Assembly (NCBI RefSeq): GCF_001194135.2
Contig: NC_068989.1
Span: forward strand, 95,353,283-95,417,282
Direction of reading: 5' to 3'
Source of the DNA: Octopus bimaculoides
Taxonomy: Eukaryota
Length of the DNA stretch: 64,000 nucleotides
Part shown: piece by piece, positions 36,412-49,920 of the stretch
Numbering within the stretch: the stretch's first letter is position 1
How the letters are laid out: each line of letters opens with the position of its first letter
Notes under the pieces: model-generated
Told to the model about the DNA's origin: nothing
The model's database searches: none
Seen by the model: only the letters and a program-made list of their open reading frames with translations
Translations under genes and position numbers: made by a program

Positions 36412-36951
36412 TATCAAACAGACAGTCAGTAGTACTATTGCTATTGTGGCTGCACATAAGTGAGCTATAATTTCTTATGACTATTTTGCTCTAATCCATG
36501 GTGAAATAGATATATAATGAATGACATTCCAGTGGTGACCATCCTGTTATTTTGCATACCTTCTTTTAAAAGATGGTTGAGTGCATTTTAGGGAATTTTA
36601 CTGTCATTTCTGGCAACTGAAGTGACCATGTGTAGGGTCCCCTATTGTCTCATCCCCTTTTGGTCGGTATCACAAGCAAGTAACGATTTACTGTAGCAGC
36701 AACATCTGCAGCAATATGTAAACGACAGGTAATTTGTTAGTTTTCTTTGTTACTGCATTTAATGGCATTTAAGGTGGACATTTTCACAAAAAAACATATT
36801 TGTCTCCAAAAACGTCCCATATGTGAAGCTGAGTGTCCCATAAACAAATTTTGTCCCTGATGCATTTTTCCTGAATATGTGTTGCTGAAATTGGATGGCA
36901 TCAAATACACCTGTGTGTCTTTTATGTCATCAAATACATTACTTTCTAAGT

Positions 36952-37153
36952 TTAACCCTTTTGATTCCAGCCTGCTTACGACCGACCCTCGTTGGGAACT
37001 AAATAAAAAAAAAATCTTCCTGCAAAATTTCATTAAGTTCAAGACACCAGGTTAATTAAGGACAAAGCTATTTCGTTAATTTTTCATTGCTTTTCAAATC
37101 AATTGAAAGAAAGGCAGAAAATTTCAATGGAAATGCAGCAATGAAAGGGTTAA
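36952..37153. mobile_element. piggyBac-type MITE
   Basis: TTAA at both ends with CCCTTT...AAAGGG termini. Confidence 0.75.
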
Positions 37154-37545
37154 TTGTTCTGGCTACTTTTAGCTTAGAGAATGGTGTAGTTATGTAAGTG
37201 TAGGGGATGCAGAAATAAATAATTCTAATAAATGAATTAATGAATTAATGAAGGAAGAACTGAGAAATAATTAAGGGAAATCATTTGAAATTTATCAAAA
37301 GGAAGCATTTTTGAGTTTAGACTGACTTCTTTATTACTTTTCTATTAATGACTTGTATATATGTGTTTGTGGGGGGTTGGGTGTTTGTGTGCGTGTGTGA
37401 GGGTGGGTGTTTATTGGAAAAGCTATTTGGAAGGTTTACTTAAACAATTTGGATCAAGACAGAAAAGAATAGTCAGGATTGGAAGCGAATTGTGACCGAC
37501 AGCATTTGATGGTCTGTTTGGTATTCTGATATGTATGTATGTATG

Positions 37546-37638
<93 letters not shown>

Positions 37639-37924
37639 AAGAGTTATGGAATGGAGTTTGGGAAATCTGGACTACATATTTAGCCCAGATTTCCCCTACT
37701 ATATTCCATAACTCTTTTCCACACACTCAGCAACCCCAGCTGCTTACCAAGGAATATAGAAAGAGATTTGTTTCTTCAGCTCATCATTCTTCGATAAAAG
37801 AGGAAATAATCCGCAATCTTTCTCTCTCAGTAAAGCACTATTGTCTCCTGAAAGTCGTTTTTTATATTTATTATGGATTGCTTGAAGCTAACCGTCTTCC
37901 TACACCTCGATCCTTGGATCTTAC

Positions 37925-38160
37925 ATTTATATATATTTCTTTATTGCCCACAGGAGGCTAAATATAGAGGGGACAAATGAGGACAGATAAAAGAGGTTAA
38001 GTCGATAACATCAATCCCAGTGTGTAATTAGTACTTAATTTATTGACCCCAAAAGGATGAAAGGCAAAGTCGACCTTGGTGGAATTTGAAGTCAGAACAT
38101 GAAGAAGGACAAAGAATCATCAAGTATTTCACCTGGTGTGCTAACGATTCTGCCACCTTA
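37925..38160 (-). mobile_element. SINE family B (longer tail variant)
   Basis: AAAGGATGAAAGGCAAAGTCGACCTTGGTGGAATTTGAA core. A second copy follows at about 38197-38340 and a partial at 39700-39775. Confidence 0.82.
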
Positions 38161-39177
38161 ATCTAAATAATAATTAGAAGAAGAATAGTAATAATAATCC
38201 TTTCTTTTATAGGGCACAGAACCCAAAATTTGGGGGAGGGGGATAGTCGAGTACATCAACCTCCAGTACTCAACTGGTACCAAAAAGAAGAAAAGCAAAG
38301 ACAACCATACCAGAATTTGAACTCAGAACATGAAGACAGAGATTGCACTGCCCTGCATTGTGGCCCTAACCCCTTTCTGTTGCTTGCACTTTAAAGTTCA
38401 CACCATGCAGAGTCAGAAAACATAGGAAAAGTGGCAACTCAGAACTCAGAATCTCTAAACCAGCAACAAGAAGGCATCACTTATTGATTATAGAGAATTG
38501 ATCTTTTTTTAGTTAATGCAAGGTTTCTTCCATCAACAGATAATTTCCTCCAGCCAGTTTTTATCAATAACATAACAAAAAAAAAAAGAAAAGAACAACA
38601 AAAAAAAAACAACTTGTGAATGAAATATTATAAATTGTTTAGAAAATTATAGCATATTGCAGTTCACCAATTTTCTATGTCGTGTATCAAAGTGAGCTGG
38701 CTTTGTGTCGTCACTTCTACATAAAAAGAAACTTTAATCTCTCATCTCTTCATCTATTACACTCTCACAGTCCTTTATCAATATTCCAGAGCATTGTTGT
38801 TGTTGTTGTTGTTGTTAATGTTAATATAGAAAACAATGCATTTAAAAAGTCCTTTTTTTTTTCTGAATGAATGAATTAAAATTTGGTTGCTGTAGTGTTG
38901 TTTGTTGTCCGAATATTATCAGAGAAAAGTGAAAAACAAGTGAAGCCATTTCAAAATTATCATTTACAATATTAGTTCTTCAAGATTGGGGGAGAAAAAG
39001 GAAGAAGAAGAAAAGATTTTTAAGCTTTAAGATGATGGAGCAAACATAGATGCTTTGTTGACATTGGTACAGGACAATCAGAAAGTTGGTGGAGAGAAGC
39101 CAATCCTGCCAAACCAGTCTGAACTCAAATATTTGCAAAGTTTAAAAGAAACAAAAAACCGCTGCATAAATAGATTT

Positions 39178-39393
39178 TATCTTTTACTTGCTTCAATTAC
39201 AGGTCTGTGGCCATGCTGGAGCACCACATATTGAACGATTCGGTCAAGCAAAGTGACCCCTGTACTTTTGATTTTTTTAAAGTCTGGTATTTATTTTAAC
39301 AGTTTCTTCTGCCAAACTACTAAGTCGCAGGGAATGAACATGAATCAGCATGAGTTGTCAAGTGGCAAACACAAGTACACAAGGCACACTCAA

Positions 39394-39395
<2 letters not shown>
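39178..39395 (-). mobile_element. SINE family A, 3' half
   Basis: TTTTACTTGCTTC..GGCCATGCTGGAGCACC. Confidence 0.72.
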
Positions 39396-39435
<40 letters not shown>

Positions 39436-40041
39436 AATTCAAACAAGTGGAAGAATAGAAGAAATGAAGTTGATGATGCACAGACAATATATTAAAATTT
39501 AATTATATTTTAAAATATAGGAATACACTTAACCGGTTTCACATTAGATTTTCAAACGTCTAAAGCATATAAATATATGGATTAAATCTGTCCCCAGGAG
39601 TGGTCCATAGTGGAATTTGAACCTAGAACACAAAGACTGAGAACAATACCACAAGCCACCTTGCCTGATGCTCCAACACTTTCACTAATCTTTTTTGTTT
39701 TTTTCATTTTATTGACCCTGGAAGGATGAAAGGCAAAGTTGACCTCAGTGGGATTTGAACTCACAGGGCAGAGAACTAGGATCAAATATCTTAGTCTTAT
39801 GAACGTGGTACTCCAGCATGGCCTTAGCTGTGATACTAAAATTAACTAAAGCACTAATGAAACTGCTTGGCCTCAGACCATGTAAACGTCTCAGTTGAAG
39901 TTTAATGGATTTTGAGATGAATGTGTGTGACTCAGTAGGTAGTGTTGACATCGTGTGATAGTTGTGTCACCATCGTAATACAACTGGTGCCATTCATATC
40001 CAGCCTTCCATGAAAACAGTTTGATCAAAGGAAAACTTAAG

Positions 40042-40043
<2 letters not shown>

Positions 40044-40104
<61 letters not shown>

Positions 40105-40118
40105 TATCATCATCATCG
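40044..40118. repeat. (CAT)n microsatellite (reverse tail of a family C remnant)
   Basis: Direct reading, followed by TTTCCATGCAAGCAT. Confidence 0.9.
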
Positions 40119-40733
40119 TTGCGACCGTCATCATCTGCCTTCTTTCCATGCAAGCATCATTGACCAAAGTCATCTCTTATCCTGAGTTACTGCTCGTTTG
40201 CATGGTCTTCCCATATTTCTACAGCTGAATGTTCTACATAAATACCAATCACTTTACAGATAGCATTTTAACACAATGCCTGCAACAGAAAAGTTGTCAT
40301 GTTTTTGATTTGAAAAAAAAAAAAGGATTTTTTACTTTGTCTCCATCGAGCACAAGAAAGAGTTGACTGGAAGCATTCTATTATGGAACGAACATCGGAG
40401 AGATTGTCTTGTCCTCTATAAGACTAAATAATCTTCTTTACTTCGCATATTATCTCTGTCATTTCAAAGTAGATACAGGCCAAGAGAGTGAAATAACAAA
40501 TGTAAAACAGTTACTATTCAATGGCTGAGACTATGTCGCAGTAGCTGTGACTAAATACCGAATCTAAAAGCTGATAAATCTCATCCTGTTAACCAGTGTG
40601 AAGCCTGTAGAGCAGGAATGGTGGCATTCTGATTACTTGGTCAAATTTAATTCTTATTTATTCACACTGTTTAGAATTAATCATAAAAATCTTGTAGCTT
40701 CAAGAATTTGAGGATGTGGTTGTTTATTTTTAG

Positions 40734-41022
40734 AATGATGTTGAAGGGTAGGTCTGAGAAGCCTGATGTGGCCAGTTTGAACTTATGTAAAATATTTGGG
40801 CCAGAGAATGATCAGTTTAGATGCTGCTACATCAGACCTTTTCTTAAATTCCCTGATCCAGCTAAGCCACTGGATCAGCTGGATCAGGGAGCTAAACAAC
40901 AAAATGGGACAGTCACAGTTCAAACAGCTTTGATCACTGATCGATTTGATCAAATTGGAGCAGAGTCTTCAACAAAAGCAACAAGAACAATTAGAACAAC
41001 ATCAACAGTATACAACTTCTGA
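40734..41022 (+). other. Candidate terminal exon or short ORF of unknown product
   Basis: TTATTTTTAG acceptor, 96-codon non-repetitive open frame, AATAAA at about 41070 and 41295. No recognisable domain. Confidence 0.2.
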
Positions 41023-41358
41023 AAAAAATTAATTTCCTCCAATAACTCAGTATTTCACATCCATGGCAAAATAAATTCAACCAATGAAATATGGCTCTCA
41101 AAAACGAAAAGAAAGAAAATAATATCAATTATGTTTTGTTATTTTTACTCTTTATTATTTTTTTTCTTTTGTTTTGTTTTGCAACATGTTCTATTTTTTA
41201 ATTTTTTATGCTTCATGTTTTAAAATTTTATTTTGTTGTTTTATTGTTTTATTATTCCAGCATGAATGTCAGTCATGAACTATTTCTTTTATGGAATAAA
41301 AGAGCCACACTTTACTTAACAACGCAACTCAAACAATTCTGGTTCTGGAAAAAAATAT

Positions 41359-41410
<52 letters not shown>

Positions 41411-41544
41411 TTCTTATAANNNNNNNNNNNNNNNNNNNNNNNNNNNNNNNNNNNNNNNNNNNNNNNNNNNNNNNNNNNNNNNNNNNNNNNNNNNNNNNNN
41501 NNNNNNNNNNNNNNNNNNNNNNNNNNNNNNNNGGAAAAAAATAT

Positions 41545-41596
<52 letters not shown>

Positions 41597-41732
41597 TTCT
41601 TATAAAGCTGCATACAAACTGTAAAACAAAAAGTACCTGTTACATATATATGTATAAATGAGTATATATATATGTATGTATACATATATATATGTATGTA
41701 TATATATGTATACATATACATATGTGTGTGTA

Positions 41733-41764
<32 letters not shown>

Positions 41765-42700
41765 AATGTGTATGTGTATGTATATATATATGTGTATGCA
41801 TGAATGTGTGCATGTACATTTATGTATACACGCACACACATGTAATGAACAAAAGAAATTTTAAAAAAAACTATTAAGCCCTCAAATCTATAAACTAATT
41901 AATTAAATGCTAAGGAATACGAGAGATGACTTAAGAAGTGAGAGAATTAGTTTTGTATTGAACCCCCTCCCTCTACCGTCACTTTTCTTTTTTAAATCCA
42001 CAATTATAATAATTAACATCCTATTTCAACAAAAATACAATGTGAGGGTAGAAAGGAAACACAGGAGGACATAAATAAGGCAAAACAGAAATTCCGTTTA
42101 ATGTATACGAGACAGGAATTCTTTAAATGCCAAAGACTATGAAAGAGAGTGCAGACACTAGAGCTGGTTTGTGTGTGTGTGTGTGCATGTGTGTGTGTGT
42201 GCATGTGTATGTGTGTGCATGTGTGTGTGTGTGCATGTGTGTGTGTGTGTGTGCATGTGTGTGTGTGTATTACTTGAATTACTTCCAAGGTAAATCCCAT
42301 ATTGTTTTGGATACACTGAATGAAATATATAACAATTGAAGATAAAGCTGTTCTGTTCTGGCAGAAATTTTAACAAAGACCTTTCTTTTGTTTTCTTTCT
42401 CTATTTTTGGGAGGGACCATATTGTCTGATATCTTCTCCATAACACTTCAATGAATTCTACTTCTATCTTTTATTTTGTTTTGGTGTAAGATTTTTTTTT
42501 TTTTTTTGTCTTCTCTGGTGTGGATGAAGATTCTCGCTTTATCACAGGACTTAGAAAAATAGGGAACCTCAACTTCTGAAATAAAGTTCCCCCAAAATTT
42601 AAACTTTTATATATCTATCTTTCACTCATAATAAACTCTTCATTTCTGATCAAAAAGAATGTAAAAACAAGAAACAAAAATAAAAACAATAACAATAACA

Positions 42701-42732
<32 letters not shown>

Positions 42733-43614
42733 AATAACTGAAAGATTAAATCAAAAAGAAATCATTAATTATAATTCCACCTTGAAGAAGGGAAAAGTTT
42801 TCCAATGCTTATAAGATGCAATAATAACAACACTAATGTTTTGAAATACCTGGCATAAACTGAGTTTTCTACAAACAATATTGGTTGCTAAGAATTATTT
42901 CTAAAGTTTGACGATTCTTTGACTTTTCAGCCATAATGTAGCTGGAGTTTAACAAACCTTTTAAAATTGGTGGAATTTTTTAATCTACGTCTTTGAAAAT
43001 AAATCAACTTTTAATTTTTTTTCTTTTTTGTATCTCTAAGACCACTCGATGGTTTAAGGGCTGTTTCAAAACCTCTAGTTTCTGTACTCAGATGAAAGAA
43101 AAAAGGAATTCCCGTTTATATCAATAATAATTCATTTTGTTTTGTAAGTAAACGTTTAAGTGACAATTTGGATAAGCTGGGGTTTCGTGTGTAGATTGCA
43201 ATTGTGATGTCTGCCAGTAGTTTTGGCACATTGGATGCAGAGTTCATGGTTTTGAGTTTTGCTCTACCGTCTGTCATTTTGAGTGTCTTCTACAATAGCC
43301 ATTGGCTGACCAATGCCGTGTGAATGGAAGCTGTTAAAGAGAAACTAGAAGGAAGCTCATCATGATGGTGATGTCATGCTTACATTTCCTGTCAACAACT
43401 CATGGAAAAACAAAAATAAAATAAACAACAAATGAATGACTACTGAACTGCTGCAAACTAAAAAGCTTGGCACAGAACAACACTGCTTAGGTATACCCGT
43501 CCAACTTAAACCAGAATGGGAAAATGGGTGTCAAATGAAACTAATAAGGGTGACATTTATTTTTGTTGAGTTTTGATAGTTTAGTATGTTCAGATGAGTT
43601 GGTATGAGCTAGTG

Positions 43615-43820
43615 CCACATGGTGCTGGTACCATGTAAAAAGTACCTAGTGCACTCTCTAAAATGGTTGGCATTGGGAAGAACATCCAACTGTGAAAACC
43701 ATGCCAAGACAAACAATAGAACCTGGTGTGGCTCTCCATCCTTGCCAGCTTGTCAAACTATCCAACCCCTGCCAGCATTGAATAGAGACATTCAGTGATG
43801 ATGATGATGATGATGATGTG
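43615..43820 (+). mobile_element. RTE-tail-type repeat, family C
   Basis: GCTGGTACCATGTAAAAAG..TCCAACCCCTGCCAGCATTGAA then (GAT)n. A shorter copy lies at 47030-47095. Confidence 0.75.
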
Positions 43821-44039
43821 AGGAATTTGTTGTTTTAAGGTTGTCTATTCGTACAGAAGAGGAAAAATGTTAAAGAGCATGTATATCTTTCTCAGATGAA
43901 GGGACAAGTCCCAAAACGTCAAACTCCTCCCATCCTCCTCATGATGTCAAGTCTTATTCAAACTCATAAATTTCATTGCATTGCATTTTGTGTAATTATT
44001 TAATCCTTTACGACAAAAACCTGAAATGTATTAAAAACT

Positions 44040-44600
44040 TCACATTTCTAGGAAACAGTGAAAACTCCGATGTTTCTCCTGAGGATAAAACAATCAACCA
44101 CATCACTAAAGCTACAAGTACATTGAGCAAACTTCCTCGCTAACCGTGGGTTGAACAAGGAAGTTCATCAGAAATAAAAATTAACATCTACCAAGTTGTA
44201 GTCCTTCCTACTCTCCAGTATGGATTGGAATCTGGGTGCCCCATCAATCAAATATCAGCCAGTTTGATATCTTTCATAAGCGATGGCTTTGGACCATTTG
44301 GGGATACAGCCTGAACGATAGTCTTTCAAATATTGACCTATTCTCTAAATGTAACATTGGTGATCGGTATTGAATTCTTTCTTTTGTAATCTCTGTTAAG
44401 ATGGATTGGTGATGTCATTGGAATGAGTAACAAGAGAACTCCGAAAGTCCTTCTGTATAAACCAACTTCATGATGGAAGGAGAAGCATAGAAAGACCATG
44501 AATTAAGTAGAAGGATAAGCTTAAAGCTAATCTGAGACTGATAAAGACACTGTCAGAAACACTTGAAAAAACTACATTGAATCTCAGTGAATGGTGGTTA
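44040..44600 (+). mobile_element. Decayed RTE (BovB-like) LINE RT C-terminal fragment
   Basis: FTFLG, KINIYQVVVLPTLQYGLES, FDIFHKRWL, LRWIGDVIGM..RTPKVLLY, KDKLKANL correspond to RTE motifs F.YLGS, VY.AVVL.TLLYG.E, LRW.GHV.RM..R.PK..LY. Confidence 0.8.
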
Positions 44601-45102
44601 ACATGCCATGAAACTAGAAGAAACTATGAATGAAGTTACCTGAATCATATCACAGAGCTGAGAGCAAAGATGGTGTTAATGAAACACTTTAGCTGCTTTG
44701 GATAACGATCTTCGTTTGTGAATCTTTGGCTAGATTAAAGTCTCTTACGTAACTTAGACATCAAAAATAAGGTTATTGGACCCTCATCCATAGAAATCAG
44801 GGAGAGAAACCATCATCATCATCATCATATACATATATATTCACATTTATTTAAATGATGAACCTGTGCCAGCAGGGAATGGAAGACAAATGTCAAATGA
44901 TGTCGATGATGATGTGGTTAGGTGAATAGATTACAATGGTATTGTTTTACATCCAGACACCTTTCTTGTTGCTAAATCTTGTACCAGATCAAAAATCTAA
45001 TCAATAAATTCCATTTTCTTTAATTCTCATCTTCCATCCTATTCCACTTTATAATTTCTTTCTGAAAAACACAAAATATTTATGAATCCTGCCATTAAAA
45101 AC

Positions 45103-45480
45103 ATGGCCGTGTGGTCAAGAATCTTTCTTTGCAACCATACGGTTTCAGGTTCAGTCCTACTGTACGGCACTTTGGGCAAGTGGCTTCTACCATAACTTCA
45201 GAACAACTAATGCTTTGTTGGTGAATTTGGGATGTGGAAACTGTGAGGAATCCCATTGTCTATATATGTATGTGTGTGTGTTGGTCTCCACCATTACTGT
45301 TTCAATTGGTGTTTGTTTACATTCTCTCTAACTTGAATGGTTTGGCAAAAGAGGTCGACAGACTAAGTACCAGAGTGAAAAACTAAGCCCCGGGGTTGAT
45401 TTGTTTGTCTAAACCCTTTAAGGTGGTGCTGCTCCAGCATTGCCACAGTCCAATGATTGGAAAAAGTGAAAAATAAAAGT
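45103..45480 (+). mobile_element. SINE family A (near full length)
   Basis: CATGGCCGTGTGGTCAAG head, GGTTCAGTCC B-box, central TG tract, GGTGCTGCTCCAGCATTGCCACAG tail. Confidence 0.82.
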
Positions 45481-46676
45481 TATTCTTAGAAAACACCAAT
45501 TTTACAATTAATGAACTTCAGAAATCCACAAGACTCAACAACCGTTGAGATACCAATCTTCCTTCAGGAGTCGGGTGGGAATCATTTATCTTGAATTCTA
45601 TCTATTCCTTGACATATTAGTAAAATGAAGAATTTTCTAGAGTAATTTATCCTATCCACAGATTCAAAGGAGGGTTTTGTAGTTGAGATGAGCTGAGAGT
45701 TCAACATTTCACCAATTGGTCAAATCATCTGCGCTATCTTTACTTTCTTTTTTTGAGAGAGAGAGAGAGAGAGACACACACACACATACAGAGAAAGAGA
45801 GAGAGAGGTCCTCTTCTTTCCAGAGAGATGAATTTTTACGTCTGCTGCAATGGACCCTACTCTGAACATGCAAAATACTTTTCCGATAGTAGAAGAGCTG
45901 GATTCCAAAAGTCAAATCTCCTGGAACTTCGTATACTGAGTTCTATGCACCTGAGAGAAGGGAACCAAGTCCACTTGTTTTCGGTTGAGAAATTCTTTCT
46001 GGAATTCTTTGCATTTCACACAATGTGGGGCATACATTTTATTTTTACTGACCAATGAAACGGACCCTGCAGAATTGATTTGCATATTACATAACCAGCA
46101 AAAATTTAATCAGTGTGTTGAGGCTAATGATAGAAAATAATTGAACTCCCATTATCTCTCTTCTTGTCAAAATTTGTATTAAACACTTGATCTAATCCTC
46201 CATTCAATTCAGTTTTGAATTCTTTCCTAATGCTCCCCACCCCAAACTAAGCTGAAACATAATTCACATCAACATCACCAATTTTGGAGGTTTATATTTT
46301 GTGTCATGACAACTTCCTCTTCTTCTTGACTAAATCATAAAAACAACTTAAAATGACCCCTAAAGGTATAGAAACTGCAGCTTAACTCTAATCTTCTTTC
46401 ATGTAAAAATATAATTATCTTATCTATAAACCCAGAAATAATTTAATTGTTTTTGTTTGTTTATTGTTTATACTATCCTCCTCCTATCTACTACAAAAAT
46501 TAGAATAAAAAAACACAAACAAAATTTGAATTGAATTTGTTTCAACAATCTTCTAAATATTATACTAATTATACTAATGTTATTGATATTTTGGTTAATA
46601 AGTTTAGAGCAGCTGTTAGTGTTATTATTATTATTATTGTTATACATTATTATTATTATTATCATCATTATTATTA

Positions 46677-46847
46677 CAGTAATCCCTTGACTGTTGCAGG
46701 TGTTATGCTCCAAAATCTCCCGCAATAGGTGAAAATCCGTATATTTTTATTGTTATTTTTATAATTTGTATATATTTATTTTATTACAAATGCTAAACAA
46801 CACCACGGAGGAATCGACATAAGCTTAAATATGGCATGGGGTTACTG
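46677..46847. mobile_element. Tigger/pogo-type MITE
   Basis: TA then CAGTAATCCC at the left end; GGGGTTACTG at the right end (9/10 inverted). Confidence 0.55.
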
Positions 46848-47330
46848 CATAATTATTATTATTATTATCACTTTTTATAGCCAGGGATAGAATAAGAAAT
46901 AAGGAAAGAAATTGTAAATATAAAGTTTATACACTGTTTGTCAAGGTTCCATGATGTAATGCTTATCACATCTGCTTAACATGCAGAAGATTGTGAGTCT
47001 GAAACTTGCTGGAACCGTAGCTGACATTTTAAACCATCTGACCCATGCCAGCATGGAAACGGATGCTAAATGATGATGATGATGATGATGATGACTTCAT
47101 TAAAAAGAATTTGAATATATTAGTTTGTGTGTCTTTCTTTATCTGGAGGTGTGGTTTACTTCCCTGGCTTAATATTGATTAAGTTATAGATTGGATTGTT
47201 GTTGCAGTGGTTTTACAGCTTCAAAACAATGTGAAATATTTATAGAACAATTGCCCTAACGACAATTCACATTTGGCACACTGACTCCACTAATTAATTC
47301 ATTATGAAACTTCAACTACAACTTACACCT

Positions 47331-47361
<31 letters not shown>

Positions 47362-47827
47362 CATATTACACAAACTTAATTATACAATTACTAGTTGTTT
47401 AGTTCATGTCAGCCTTGATTGAATGAACCAATAATGAAAGGAAGTAGTTCAACCAGGACTATCCTGTTGGTTTCAATGGCATTCTTGGTTCAAGACAGTG
47501 AGAGTGTAATTTGAGAGGAATTTAGTCATTATTTCTAGCAAGCCCAGCAACCAAGTAGAAGTTCCCCTTTGGGTTTTGTTATGCTTTATGTCCATTTTCC
47601 TATGTTAGCATGGATCAAATAAATATCTTAACAAAGAATTGTTGTACAACTATATGTGCTTTCTGATGCTGACCATTTCCAGTACATACACACACACACA
47701 TATATAGATATACGTGTGTACATAAATATATACACACAAACATGTGTGTGTGTGTATATATATTTTTGCATATGTACATATACATGTATGTATACATAGA
47801 TGTAGATATGTGTATTTACAGATATTC

Positions 47828-48185
47828 TTTTATTTGTTTGTCATTTGACTGTGGCCATACTGGAGCACCACTTTAAGCAGTTTTAGTCGAACAAATCGAC
47901 TCCAGAACTTATTATTTGTAAGCCTAGTACTTATTCTATAGGTCTCTTTTGCTGAACCACTAAGTTATGGGGACATAAACAACATTGGTTGTCAAGTGAT
48001 AGTTGGAGGACAAACACAGACACAAATATATACATATATACATATATACACATATGTATACGACAGGCTCCTTTCAGTTCCTTCAGTCTACCAAATCCAC
48101 TCGCAAGGCTTTCGTCGACCCGAGACTATAGTAGAAGACACTTTCCCAAGGCACCATGCAGTGGGACTGAACCTGGAACCACATA
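47828..48185 (-). mobile_element. SINE family A (near full length)
   Basis: CATTTGACTGTGGCCATACTGGAGCACC..GTCTACCAAATCCACTCGCAAGGCTTT..GGGACTGAACCTGGAACC. Confidence 0.88.
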
Positions 48186-49028
48186 TAATGCATTTACATG
48201 CATATATACATCTACCCACATACATACATACACACATATACACATAAAACTAGTTCTCAGAGAAACTCAAAGCAAATGTGAAAGAGTGAGGGCAAGTCAT
48301 TGATGAAGTAAATAGGAATGAAAGGACTCTGACAACCGATTGATTGTTCAAACAACACATTAAACAAATCATTGAATAGTTTGTTAATGAAATAAAGAAA
48401 TGGTACTGGACCAGTCCATGTGTTTATTTTAATTTTCATTGACACAATGATCCTCCCTAGACACAATAATANNNNNNNNNNNNNNNNNNNNNNNNNNNNN
48501 NNNNNNNNNNNNNNNNNNNNNNNNNNNNNNNNNNNNNNNNNNNNNNNNNNNNNNNNNNNNNNNNNNNNNNNNNNNNNNNNNNNNNNNNNNNNNNNNNNNN
48601 NNNNNNNNNNNNNNNNNNNNNNNNNNNNNNNNNNNNNNNNNNNNNNNNNNNNNNNNNNNNNNNNNTATATATATATGATGTGTGTATATAAGTAAATAAG
48701 TGTGTGTTTAATTTTAAACAAATTTTACAATTTGTGAATATATCAAATTTAATTATGAAAAGATTATATTTAAATCTTAAAAATGAGATTTAGTTTTATG
48801 GTTTTTGGGTGGACAACTGTAAATGAATTCATAAATATTTTACATATGTTGCTTTTAATTGTAATTAACCTATTTGAGAGATAAAAGAGGTTGTGTATAT
48901 TTCTAATATTTTGAGATTACAGATAATTTGTGGACAATGAATGTCATCGTATCAATTGTGAATTGCTGAACACATCAGGTGTGAGATAGAAAACCATACA
49001 TATGGAATGTGTGTGCATATTTGCATGA

Positions 49029-49117
<89 letters not shown>

Positions 49118-49417
49118 TATATATGTGTGTGTGTATGTATATATATATATATATATATACAGACATATACATGAATATATAAATATAGATATATATGTGT
49201 GTCTATGTCTACACACACATACATATATACATGCACAAATATATATTACACTTTCCATTAGAATTAGCAGAAATTTCCAAACGTGACACAGGAACCAAGG
49301 GTTTAGTGCAGAGCACTTATCAAACTCCCATATTGAGTTTTATTTCTCATTTGTTTTGCGGAACCTATATACATAAACACCCCCCCATAATATATATATT
49401 GTCTGGTTTTATAATAG

Positions 49418-49600
49418 TCCTTTCTACTATAGGCACAAGGCCAGCAATGGGGGGAAGTGTGCAAGTCAGTTATGTCGGCCCTAATGCCCAGCTGGCACTT
49501 ATTTTGTCACCCCTGAAAGGATGAAAAGCAAAGGTGACCTTGGCAGAATTTGAACTCAGAACGTAGAGGAGAATGAAATGCCACGAAGCATTTTGCTCAG
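49418..49600 (-). mobile_element. SINE family B
   Basis: CCTTTCTACTATAGGCACAAGG..GAAAGGATGAAAAGCAAAGGTGACCTTGGCAGAATTTGAACTCAG. Confidence 0.8.
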
Positions 49601-49883
49601 TTTTGATTCTCCCAGCTGTCTTCACGTTGAGATTTTGAGTTATTAATAAAAACAGCTTTACACTAAACTGAAGGATTACTTGATGCTATTTGCAGAGTAC
49701 AGATTCATTATTCCTTAACGAGGATAATGTTGACACTGACTTTTGGCTTTCTTAGCCTTCATCAGACAGTCTCACCAAGTCTAAGCAAACTAACACTTCA
49801 AAGTCACTGTCAACACTATTCTTGTCAAAGAATAATATATATATATATATTACACACACACACATCTATAAATGTTTAATTAA

Positions 49884-49920
<37 letters not shown>

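Noticed and set aside
33230-36417. Many overlapping pentapeptide-repeat ORFs (FQGST, SKVRH, PRFDI, CRTLE, MSNLG, VEPWN)
   Set aside because: They follow automatically from a 15-mer that lacks stop codons in all six frames. They are frequently broken by stops and 14-nt units, and no frame is preferentially preserved.
36420-36950. Decayed Helitron Pif1 helicase on the minus strand, interrupted by the array
   Set aside because: Only vague motif resemblance (IAA.VAAT, THGHF..LP) with no clear Walker A, and the left flank of the array does not visibly continue it.
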